Shown here: positions 1 through 7,525 of the stretch, in pieces
Layout: each line of letters begins with the position of its first letter
Position numbering within the stretch: position 1 is the stretch's first letter
Source: an uncultured Pseudomonadota bacterium
GTDB lineage: Bacteria; BMS3Abin14
NCBI GenBank assembly: GCA_964454175.1
Contig: CAYVSA010000002.1
Span: 43,233 to 80,263, forward strand
DNA: 37,031 nt
Direction of reading: 5' to 3'
The notes under the pieces: generated by a model
Database searches by the model: none
The model's input: only the letters and a program-made list of their open reading frames with translations
Told to the model about the DNA's origin: nothing
Position numbers and translations under genes: made by a program

Positions 1-2
1 AT

Positions 3-566
3 GTAGCTGACCTCGCCCCTATGCTGTTTGCAATGAGGGCGCCTGAGACCGGCCGAAGTGATCCCCTGCTTGTGACCGGTCCGGAAGGTTTCGCGGATTA
101 TTATTCAGCGCTGCTAGGTCTTTACGGTCCATGGGTCGAGGGTGCCGGCTACGATCTTGAGACCATGGAGTGGTCCGGGGAACCTCTGGAATGGCGGGGA
201 GTCGTGGTGGAGGGCGCCTGCACAACCCACTCCAGGCCCAACCTGGCATATTTGCTTCATGATCATGGCAGGGGGGGGAGTGTCCTGTTCACGGGAGACG
301 GAGAGCCGACCAGAGAGCTTATCCGGATGGGGAGGGACAGAACCGATGTCCTGATATGCGAGTGCACTTTACCGGCAGGGACTGTGGAAAAGGGCCACAT
401 GAACCCTGGGCAGGCCGGGCGCCTGGCTGGGGAGCTTAATGCTCAAAAACTGATCCTCAGCCACCTGCGACAGGACTTTAATGCACTGGATGCTGAGGAA
501 GCAGCAATGGCGTGCTTTACCGGTGAGATCATTGTTGCAGTTGATGGTCTGAATATCTCTGTTTAA
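3..566 (+). CDS. MBL-fold metallo-hydrolase, RNase Z/BN-like; 5'-truncated by the window edge
   Basis: Frame is open from the window start (VADLAPMLFA, resembling the tail after an HxHxDH motif). Later metal-ligand motifs: TTHS, FTGD, ECT..GHM, LILSH. Confidence 0.8.
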   Translation, partial: VADLAPMLFAMRAPETGRSDPLLVTGPEGFADYYSALLGLYGPWVEGAGYDLETMEWSGEPLEWRGVVVEGACTTHSRPNLAYLLHDHGRGGSVLFTGDGEPTRELIRMGRDRTDVLICECTLPAGTVEKGHMNPGQAGRLAGELNAQKLILSHLRQDFNALDAEEAAMACFTGEIIVAVDGLNISV

Positions 567-702
567 ATTACCCTCTGAGCTTTGCTTTTGGACCTTTACC
601 GGGATCTCTGAGCGTGGCTCGTGTAAACTGATCTGTTCGCTTCAACGTCCAACCTCACCTGTGAGCCAGGTCCCTGGCCACTTGCTGCAGCCCGCAGTTT
701 CA

Positions 703-807
703 TTATTCCTGTTTCTCGAAGCTGTTCTGGGCACCGCAATCGCATTTTTTGGGTTTGCAGCGGCCTTCTTTGGTTGCGCCGCAATCTGAACATTTGAATG
801 TCGCCAT
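703..807 (-). CDS. RCKP-type rubredoxin-like small protein (34 aa), absent from the ORF track
   Basis: Manual translation MATFKCSDCGATKEGRCKPKKCDCGAQNSFEKQE*. CxxC...RCKP..CxC pattern, GGGAG Shine-Dalgarno upstream, tandem TAA TGA stops. Confidence 0.85.
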   Translation of the reverse strand: MATFKCSDCGATKEGRCKPKKCDCGAQNSFEKQE

Positions 808-862
808 TTTCAGTTCTCCCTTCATTGAAGTTGTCCTGGTGTCAAGACTCTGCCATAAAACT

Positions 863-892
863 AATTTATAGCACTATTATTTGGATGCGCAA
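863..892 (-). promoter_or_regulatory. Putative sigma70 promoter for the RCKP gene, overlapped by an AT-rich imperfect palindrome
   Basis: Minus strand TTGCGC-16 nt-TATAAA with an extended -10 TGn. Palindrome AATTTATAG-CA-CTATTATTT at 863-882 (7/9 arm match). Confidence 0.45.
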
Positions 893-976
893 GGCGGTTT
901 AGATCCATGAAAAACTGGAAAATTTCGGTTGTCCGGTCCAGATCAGTCTTAAACTGCCTGCTGCATGTGCCAGGTT

Positions 977-1402
977 TCAGGTCCTGCTGCACTTTTCGCA
1001 CAGACCGGAAAGGTAGGAGTGGGTAGTTCGGACGATGAATCCGTCTACTTTTGAATTGATCATGCTCCTGAAGGTAGATGGATACTCCGGGATAAAATCC
1101 TCAATTTTCCTGCAGGCAGTGCAGAAGGTGTGTGCGTGATCCGAAGTGTCGGGATCGTAATGAACCCTCACCGGGTCAATGGTGAGTTCATCTATCTCTC
1201 CCAGATCCCGCAGAGTCTGGAGCGTCTTGTAAACAGTAGTAAAGGATATGGAGGGATGGGTCTCCAGGGCCCTGTTGAATATCTCCTCGGCTGAGGGATG
1301 ATCATGGTTGTTCTTGAGAAGGTTGAAGATGCACAATCGCTGTTGGGTGACCTTGAGGCCGGTCTTTCGGAATCTCTCGATCGTGTTTGCAACGTCATTC
1401 AT
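977..1402 (-). CDS. Fur-family transcriptional regulator, PerR-like (alternative TTG start at 1414)
   Basis: LKVTQQR, HPSAEEIF, TTVYKTL, HAHTFCxxC and C-terminal CxxC. KIEDF has Asp at the position of B. subtilis PerR D104. Confidence 0.9.
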   Translation of the reverse strand: MNDVANTIERFRKTGLKVTQQRLCIFNLLKNNHDHPSAEEIFNRALETHPSISFTTVYKTLQTLRDLGEIDELTIDPVRVHYDPDTSDHAHTFCTACRKIEDFIPEYPSTFRSMINSKVDGFIVRTTHSYLSGLCEKCSRT

Positions 1403-1472
1403 ATCTGGAGTCAATGCTCTGTTAAACCGATGTCGATGGGTTTACCTGCGCATGCCGGACACTAAAGAGATG

Positions 1473-1721
1473 TTACCAGAGGTACCAGTCGTCCCAGTCA
1501 CTTTCGAAGAGATCGTGGACGAATCCCATCAGTAGGAAGTAGAGAATGAGCAAGGGCAGGACCGAAGAAAACAGTATCCAGAAGGGCTTGCGCCCCCATA
1601 TATAACCCAGCAATGTAAGCACCATCAGAAGGAGGGCAGCTATCCAGAGGAAAAGGCGTGTTGAGGAATTCCTCCATCCGGTCACGGAGTAACGTTTGAC
1701 CCGGCTCCAGTTATTTTCCAT
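1473..1721 (-). CDS. Small hypothetical membrane protein (82 aa, 2 TM, acidic/Trp tail)
   Basis: ATG at 1721 preceded by GAGGGGG. Two hydrophobic segments; C-terminus ESDWDDWYLW. Confidence 0.6.
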   Translation of the reverse strand: MENNWSRVKRYSVTGWRNSSTRLFLWIAALLLMVLTLLGYIWGRKPFWILFSSVLPLLILYFLLMGFVHDLFESDWDDWYLW

Positions 1722-1852
1722 GGCCCCCTCAGACCCCTCAAGTGAAATCTTTCCCTGCATTTGATTTAACTCTACTTGGTGTTTTATGTCAAGAGTTGAG
1801 CGGTGGGTTTAGCGGTGGGCCCTTCGATCACGCCTATTGCGTGACTCAGGGC

Positions 1853-1928
1853 AGGCTATGGGCTATGGGCGGTGGGCAGTGGATCCTGGATAATATATAT
1901 GGGTCATGGGACTTGGGTCCTGGGACTT
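1853..1928. repeat. Degenerate heptamer tandem array (GGGnnnT)
   Basis: aggctat gggctat gggcggt gggcagt ggatcct ggataat atatat gggtcat gggactt gggtcct gggactt. Confidence 0.8.
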
Positions 1929-1935
1929 GAGACAC

Positions 1936-1967
1936 AAAACCCCGCAGGCTGCCCTGCGGGGTTTTTT
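1936..1967. terminator. Intrinsic terminator just downstream of tRNA-Leu, bidirectional geometry
   Basis: AAAACCCCGCAGG-CTGC-CCTGCGGGGTTTT: perfect 13-bp stem including A/T tracts. Confidence 0.9.
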
Positions 1968-1970
1968 AAC

Positions 1971-2057
1971 TGGTGCCGAAGGCGAGACTCGAACTCGCAC
2001 GGGCTCTCGCCCACCACCCCCTCAAGATGGCGTGTCTACCAGTTCCACCACTTCGGC
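1971..2057 (-). tRNA. tRNA-Leu (anticodon GAG), encoded CCA
   Basis: Reverse complement GCCGAAGTGGTGGAACTGGTAGACACGCCATCTTGAGGGGGTGGTGGGCGAGAGCCCGTGCGAGTTCGAGTCTCGCCTTCGGCACCA: 87 nt, long variable arm, TTCGA loop. Confidence 0.98.
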
Positions 2058-2068
2058 AAGGATTGGCT

Positions 2069-2097
2069 ATTATTTTAGAAGGCTTTCGATTTGTCAA
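2069..2097 (-). promoter_or_regulatory. sigma70 promoter of tRNA-Leu
   Basis: TTGACA (2097-2092)-17 nt-AATAAT (2074-2069), 11 nt upstream of the mature tRNA 5' end. Confidence 0.75.
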
Positions 2098-2246
2098 GCC
2101 TTCAGGTGAACCCGGGACATTGAAGTTGATTTACCTTAAAAATCAAGGTATTAGTACTCCATATGTAATAATGATTCTTCGATTTTCGAACAACTGCTTT
2201 CCCTTCGGGGGTGGATTTGGCCCCGAATGAGCAATGGGAGGTCCAT

Positions 2247-3125
2247 TTGAAGGTCAGGAAGGTAGTGATACCCGCAGCCGGCATGGGCACGAGGTTTCTT
2301 CCAGCTACCAAAGCAACGCCCAAAGAGCTGCTTCCCATCGTTGATAAACCGGTTATACAGGAAGTGGTGGAGGAAGCTATAAAATCCGGCATCACCGAGG
2401 TGGTACTGATAACAGGCAAAGGCAAGGAAGCCATTGAGGACCATTTTGATATATCACCGGACCTGGAAGCGTTTCTTTCGGCTAAAGGTCAGGACAGGCT
2501 TCTTGAGAAGGTCATGGAGATCTCCCGCATGGTCGATATCATTTCTGTCCGCCAGAAAGAACCGAAGGGCCTTGGGCACGCTGTCCTTTGCTCAAGAGTG
2601 GCTGTGGGCAATGAGCCGTTTGCAGTACTACTGGGAGATGACATCGTAGATTCCGAGGTCCCCTGCCTGGCCCAGCTGCTGGAGGTCTTCGCGAAATACG
2701 GGTCGACAGTTGTGGCCCTTGAACGTGTGTCTGACACTGACGTGGACAAATACGGGATCATTGAGGGTTCTGAAGTAGAGCCCGGGGTTTACTGTATCAC
2801 CGGCCTGGTTGAAAAGCCTGCACCCGCTGATGCCCCCACTAATCTTGCCGTTATCGGAAGATATATTCTCCTCCCTGAAGTGTACGATGCTATCGAGGGG
2901 GTGGGACCGGACTCCCGGGGAGAAATACAGCTCACCGACGCACTCAATGTGCTGGCGGGCACCTCGTCAGTCTACGGAGTTCTGTTCGAGGGTACCAGGT
3001 ACGATGCAGGTAACCGCTTCGGGTTCCTGGCGGCAAATATCAACTATGCTCTAAAGGATAAGGTTCTGGCGCCCCAGCTTAGGGATTACCTGACGGGTCT
3101 TGTGGAAAGCTGGAGCAGTAAGTGA
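2247..3125 (+). CDS. galU: UTP--glucose-1-phosphate uridylyltransferase
   Basis: VIPAAGMGTRFLPATKATPKE, LGHAV, VEKP, EIQLTDA. Likely TTG start at 2247 after GGAGG. Confidence 0.97.
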   Translation: MKVRKVVIPAAGMGTRFLPATKATPKELLPIVDKPVIQEVVEEAIKSGITEVVLITGKGKEAIEDHFDISPDLEAFLSAKGQDRLLEKVMEISRMVDIISVRQKEPKGLGHAVLCSRVAVGNEPFAVLLGDDIVDSEVPCLAQLLEVFAKYGSTVVALERVSDTDVDKYGIIEGSEVEPGVYCITGLVEKPAPADAPTNLAVIGRYILLPEVYDAIEGVGPDSRGEIQLTDALNVLAGTSSVYGVLFEGTRYDAGNRFGFLAANINYALKDKVLAPQLRDYLTGLVESWSSK

Positions 3126-3565
3126 AAAGGAAAAAGGGGAAATTTGACGAAGTGATCATGTATCGTACGAGGATGAGCAAGATCCTCAGTCAGTTCTCTT
3201 CACCCTCTCATGAGGGAAGCCGCCTGGAAGAGACTTCCGATCCTGTTATAGATGTCTGGGAGAGAGAGGGCGATATACTGGTGGAGTGTGAGCTTCCCGG
3301 AGTCAGTGAGGACCAGATAGCTCTATATGTCGACAAAGGGTATCTGGTCATAGAGGGTCACAAGACCGAATCTGCTGACCAGGCGTGTCAGCGATATCTT
3401 CGCCTGGAGAGGCAGTACGGGTTTTTCAGGAGGATTATCGAACTGCCGTCCAGTGTCCATACCGCTCATGTTCAGGCAGTGCTGAGGGACGGGCTGCTGA
3501 GTATCAGGTTTGCGAAGGTGACCGAGCGCAGGAAAGAAAAAGTGGAAATACCCATTTCCCGGTAG
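3122..3565 (+). CDS. Hsp20/alpha-crystallin small heat-shock protein
   Basis: P.IDV.E, ELPGV, LERQYGFFRRIIELP, A.L.DGLL.I. The start overlaps the galU stop (GTGA). Confidence 0.92.
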   Translation: MKRKKGKFDEVIMYRTRMSKILSQFSSPSHEGSRLEETSDPVIDVWEREGDILVECELPGVSEDQIALYVDKGYLVIEGHKTESADQACQRYLRLERQYGFFRRIIELPSSVHTAHVQAVLRDGLLSIRFAKVTERRKEKVEIPISR

Positions 3566-3595
3566 TTCACCCTAAACTCTTTTTGAGGGATAAAT

Positions 3596-6028
3596 ATGGC
3601 TGAAGAGATCATCGCTCACGGTGAAGAGGATTCCAGCGAACACAAAAGTCTGGAGATCCCCGAAGAGCTGCCCCTGCTCCCCATCAGGGACATAGTGGTG
3701 TTCCCCTACATGATAATCCCGCTGCTGGTTGGAAGGCAGAAGTCGATCGCCGCCCTGGACGAAGCACTCAAGAAGGACAGGCTCATCTTCCTCTCAACAC
3801 AGACTTCGGGAGAAGCCGAGGAACCGTCAACTGAGGAGATCAACAGGCTTGGAACGGTGTCAGTTATAGTGAGGATGCTCAAAACTCCGGACGGAAAGGC
3901 AAAGATCCTGGTGCAGGGCCTGCAGCGCGGAACGATCTCGGAATTTGTCAAGGATGACCCCTTCTTTTTGGTAAAAGCCGATCTCATTGATGAGGAAATA
4001 CTGGATCCGGTGCCTCTGAAACTTGAAGCCCTGGTGAGGACAGTGAGGGAACGCCTGATCAGGATCGTCCAACTGGGCAAACCGATCGCTCCTGACGCCC
4101 TTGCGGTCGCTGAAAACATCACTGATCCGGGAAGGCTTGCCGATCTGGTGGCATCTAATATGGGACTTGAGATCGAAGAAGCCCAGAAGATCCTCGAAAA
4201 AGTAAGTTCAGAAGAACGCCTCCTGGCAGTTCATGAAATACTGGAGCGTGAGCTCAAGATCCTAGACATGCAGCAGCACATTCAGGACCGCACCCAGGAG
4301 GAGATGACCAAAACCCAAAGAGAGTATTTCCTGCGCCAGCAGCTCAAGACCATACAGGAAGAGTTGGGCGAGAAAGATGAAAAGGAACAGGAACTCGAAG
4401 AATTCCGCAAGAGGATCAAAGACGCCGGTATGCCCTCCGAGGTTAACAAGGAAGTTGAAAAACAGCTCGGCAGGCTCTCCAAGATGCACCCTGATGCCGC
4501 TGAAGCGGCGATCATCAGGACCTATCTCGAGTGGATGGTCGAGCTGCCCTGGAAAAAGACCACCCGGGACCGTCTTGATCTGGTAAAGGCCCAGAAGGTC
4601 CTTGATGATGATCACTATGACCTTGACAAGGTCAAGGAGAGGATACTGGAGTACCTTGGAGTTCTTAAGCTGAAAAAAGGCCTCAAAGGACCGATCCTCT
4701 GTTTTGTTGGACCGCCCGGTGTGGGAAAGACTTCCCTTGGCCGATCGATAGCCAGGGCAATGGGCAGGAATTTTTTCAGAATGTCTCTCGGCGGGATGAG
4801 GGACGAAGCGGAGATACGCGGACACAGGAGAACCTACGTCGGCGCCCTTCCGGGACGAATAATTCAGGGTATAAAACAATCCGGATCCCGCAATCCGGTG
4901 TTCATGCTGGATGAGATAGATAAACTGGGAGCCGATTTTCGCGGTGACCCTTCTTCTGCCCTGCTGGAGGTGCTGGATCCGGAACAGAACAATTCCTTCA
5001 GGGATCATTACCTGGCGGCGCCCTTCGACCTGTCTTCTGTGATGTTCATTGCCACTGCAAACCTCGCCGAGCCGATCCCTGCCGCCCTTCTGGATCGCAT
5101 GGAGGTGATACGTCTTTCCGGATACACGACTGAGGAGAAAAAGCACATCGCAAAGCGGTACCTGATCAAACGGCAGATGGAGCGGAACGGCATCGACGAA
5201 AAGCTCATTTCTATTTCCGACGGCGCTCTGGGGAACCTGATAATGAACTTTACCAGGGAGGCCGGTGTACGCAATCTGGAAAGAGAGATAGGAAACCTTT
5301 GCAGAAAAGTGGCAAAACAGGTGGCCATGGGACACACAGCCAGGAGCGTTGTCACCGTGAGGAACCTTAATAACTACCTTGGTATACCCAGGTTTCTGCG
5401 GGATGAAGAGCGAAGTGAGCCGCAGAAGGGCGTTACCATGGGGTTGGCCTGGACCCCTGTTGGCGGTGAAGTGCTGTACATTGAAGTATCTGCTGTTAAG
5501 GGAAGGGGAACGCTGACGCTGACGGGTTCTCTGGGTGACATAATGAAGGAGTCAGCCCAGGCGTCTCTCAGCTACATCAGGTCCAGGAGCTCGAGTCTCG
5601 GGATATCACTTCAGTCCCTCACCGGACTGGACCTTCACGTTCACGTTCCAGCAGGGGCCACTCCCAAGGACGGTCCTTCAGCGGGCGTAGCGATCACCTC
5701 AGCAATGGTATCTGCAATAATCGGTATACCCCCGAACGCCGGTATTGCCATGACAGGAGAGATAACTCTCACCGGCCGGGTCCTGCCCATCGGTGGTTTG
5801 AAGGAAAAACTTCTGGCCGCAAAGCGTGCTTCCGTGAAAACAGTGATAATTCCCAGGGGAAACCTGCCGGATCTCACGGAAATCCCTCCGTATGTAATGA
5901 AGAACCTGCAGATAGTACCGGCCGCCAGCGTGGACGACGTGCTGGACGCTGTATTCCCCAAGGGCGTCTTTAAGAAGAAAGGCAGAACGGGCGCGGGTCG
6001 AAAGACCGCCTCGTCGAGGAAAAAATGA
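3596..6028 (+). CDS. lon: ATP-dependent Lon protease (LonA)
   Basis: LON-N domain, Walker A GPPGVGKTS, Walker B MLDEIDK, catalytic PKDGPSAG and GGLKEK. Confidence 0.98.
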   Translation: MAEEIIAHGEEDSSEHKSLEIPEELPLLPIRDIVVFPYMIIPLLVGRQKSIAALDEALKKDRLIFLSTQTSGEAEEPSTEEINRLGTVSVIVRMLKTPDGKAKILVQGLQRGTISEFVKDDPFFLVKADLIDEEILDPVPLKLEALVRTVRERLIRIVQLGKPIAPDALAVAENITDPGRLADLVASNMGLEIEEAQKILEKVSSEERLLAVHEILERELKILDMQQHIQDRTQEEMTKTQREYFLRQQLKTIQEELGEKDEKEQELEEFRKRIKDAGMPSEVNKEVEKQLGRLSKMHPDAAEAAIIRTYLEWMVELPWKKTTRDRLDLVKAQKVLDDDHYDLDKVKERILEYLGVLKLKKGLKGPILCFVGPPGVGKTSLGRSIARAMGRNFFRMSLGGMRDEAEIRGHRRTYVGALPGRIIQGIKQSGSRNPVFMLDEIDKLGADFRGDPSSALLEVLDPEQNNSFRDHYLAAPFDLSSVMFIATANLAEPIPAALLDRMEVIRLSGYTTEEKKHIAKRYLIKRQMERNGIDEKLISISDGALGNLIMNFTREAGVRNLEREIGNLCRKVAKQVAMGHTARSVVTVRNLNNYLGIPRFLRDEERSEPQKGVTMGLAWTPVGGEVLYIEVSAVKGRGTLTLTGSLGDIMKESAQASLSYIRSRSSSLGISLQSLTGLDLHVHVPAGATPKDGPSAGVAITSAMVSAIIGIPPNAGIAMTGEITLTGRVLPIGGLKEKLLAAKRASVKTVIIPRGNLPDLTEIPPYVMKNLQIVPAASVDDVLDAVFPKGVFKKKGRTGAGRKTASSRKK

Positions 6029-7521
6029 ACGGATCGATTCAAAAGGGAGCTGGTCCCATCCTCGTCGTTGACGATGAGAGATTCTTCCAGACCCTGCTGG
6101 GCAAGATACTTACAGAGGCCGGGTACGAGATTGAAATAGCGGCAACCGGCAGAGAAGCTCTGGAATTTTTTGAAGCGGGCGCCTTCCCTGTGGTTGTACT
6201 TGACCTGGTACTGCCTGATATCATGGGTACGGACGTGCTGGTGCAGGTGAGGGAAATGGACCCTGACGCAGCAGTGATCATGATCACTGCATACGCTTCC
6301 ATGGAGAGTGCCATAGATGCTCTGAAGGCAGGGGCCTACGATTACATACAGAAGCCTATTGTCAGGGAAGATCTTTTAAGGGCCGTGGAAAGGGCTCTGG
6401 AAAGACAGCAGCTGGCTGTGAGAAACAGGAGCCTGATCGAGGAACTTGAGGAAAAACTTGGCGAACTGAGGACGATGGGAACCGAGAAGGAGGAAGTCTT
6501 CAGGATACTGGATGAGGGACTGGTGATCCTTGAAGACGACGGCAGGATCTTTGACATGAATGAGAAGGCTGCTTCCATGACTCAGCTGTCAGGCAGTTCC
6601 TGGGTCGGTGAAGATTTTATGAGCTCCGAGCTGCCCATTCCGAAAACTTTCCTGGGATCCATCGGGGAGCCGGGCTCTCGCCCGGTACGGGCCATGGTAA
6701 ATGTGGATAACGATCTTGCCACCTTTCGCAGTGTAGAGCTGATCGGAACGACCCTGAACAGCACAACCAAACCCGACAGATACCTGATCTGCATGAGAGA
6801 TCTGACTGCCATCAAGGAAATGGAAAAAAGGAGGGAAGAGTTCATGGCGATCGTCACACATGACCTCAGGACCCCCCTCACTTCGATGAAAGGGTTCGTT
6901 GAACTGCTCCTGGGCAACTTCGACTCGGATCCCCTGCTCATCGAATACCTGAACATCCTGGATTCGGAAGCTGACAGGATGATCTCCCTGATCAGTGATC
7001 TGCTGGATCTGGACAGGATCGATTCCGAGAAGCTGGACCTGCATAAAGAAGATATTTCCATTGTGGATGTAGTAAAATATGCTCTAAGGAGCATGGTTGG
7101 TGTCGCTGGTAAAAAAAATGTCACAACCCGCCTGAAGGTTGAACTTGAAGACGGGGAAATGATAAAAGCTGACAGGAAACGGGCGCTCCAGATACTGGTG
7201 AACATATATTCAAATGCCCTGCGTTATTCCCCCGAAAAGGGTACGGTTGACACCAGGATCTCCGCTGATGAAAAGGGCGTCCTGGTTGAGATATCGGATG
7301 AGGGCCCCGGCATACCCCCAGAGGACAGGGAGGTTGTTTTCGAAAAGTACCGTCAGCTCGGCGCCACCGCTCCCAGGCGCCTGAAGGGCAGCGGCCTCGG
7401 CCTGACTATTGTCAAGCGGCTCATGGACCTCCACCAGGGGGATATCTGGCTGGAGGATGTGGACGGTGATAAGGGGATAAAGTTTGTCCTTCGATTCCCC
7501 ATTGAGGAGAAAGGGGCTTAA
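6025..7521 (+). CDS. Hybrid sensor kinase REC-PAS-HisKA-HATPase
   Basis: REC: VVDD, VLD, ITA, QKP. H-box THDLRTPL, N-box NIYSNALRY, DEGPG, GSGLGL. No TM segment. Confidence 0.93.
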   Translation: MNGSIQKGAGPILVVDDERFFQTLLGKILTEAGYEIEIAATGREALEFFEAGAFPVVVLDLVLPDIMGTDVLVQVREMDPDAAVIMITAYASMESAIDALKAGAYDYIQKPIVREDLLRAVERALERQQLAVRNRSLIEELEEKLGELRTMGTEKEEVFRILDEGLVILEDDGRIFDMNEKAASMTQLSGSSWVGEDFMSSELPIPKTFLGSIGEPGSRPVRAMVNVDNDLATFRSVELIGTTLNSTTKPDRYLICMRDLTAIKEMEKRREEFMAIVTHDLRTPLTSMKGFVELLLGNFDSDPLLIEYLNILDSEADRMISLISDLLDLDRIDSEKLDLHKEDISIVDVVKYALRSMVGVAGKKNVTTRLKVELEDGEMIKADRKRALQILVNIYSNALRYSPEKGTVDTRISADEKGVLVEISDEGPGIPPEDREVVFEKYRQLGATAPRRLKGSGLGLTIVKRLMDLHQGDIWLEDVDGDKGIKFVLRFPIEEKGA

Positions 7522-7525
7522 AGGC

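Noticed and set aside
567-702. Possible ncRNA (e.g. 6S-like) between convergent genes; CTCTGAGC occurs twice
   Set aside because: I could not build a convincing long hairpin or find family motifs by eye; it needs an Rfam scan.
596-793. 65-aa minus-strand ORF from the track
   Set aside because: It overlaps the RCKP gene in another frame and has no SD or recognisable motif; the 34-aa ORF explains the region better.
1971-2057. tRNA-Leu as an integration site for a genomic island
   Set aside because: No integrase and no duplicated tRNA 3' end were seen in the window.
4262-5335. 357-aa antisense ORF (also 27313-28242, 29507-30382, 15032-15748 and similar)
   Set aside because: These are shadow ORFs opposite well-conserved genes in moderately GC-rich DNA, with no motifs of their own.
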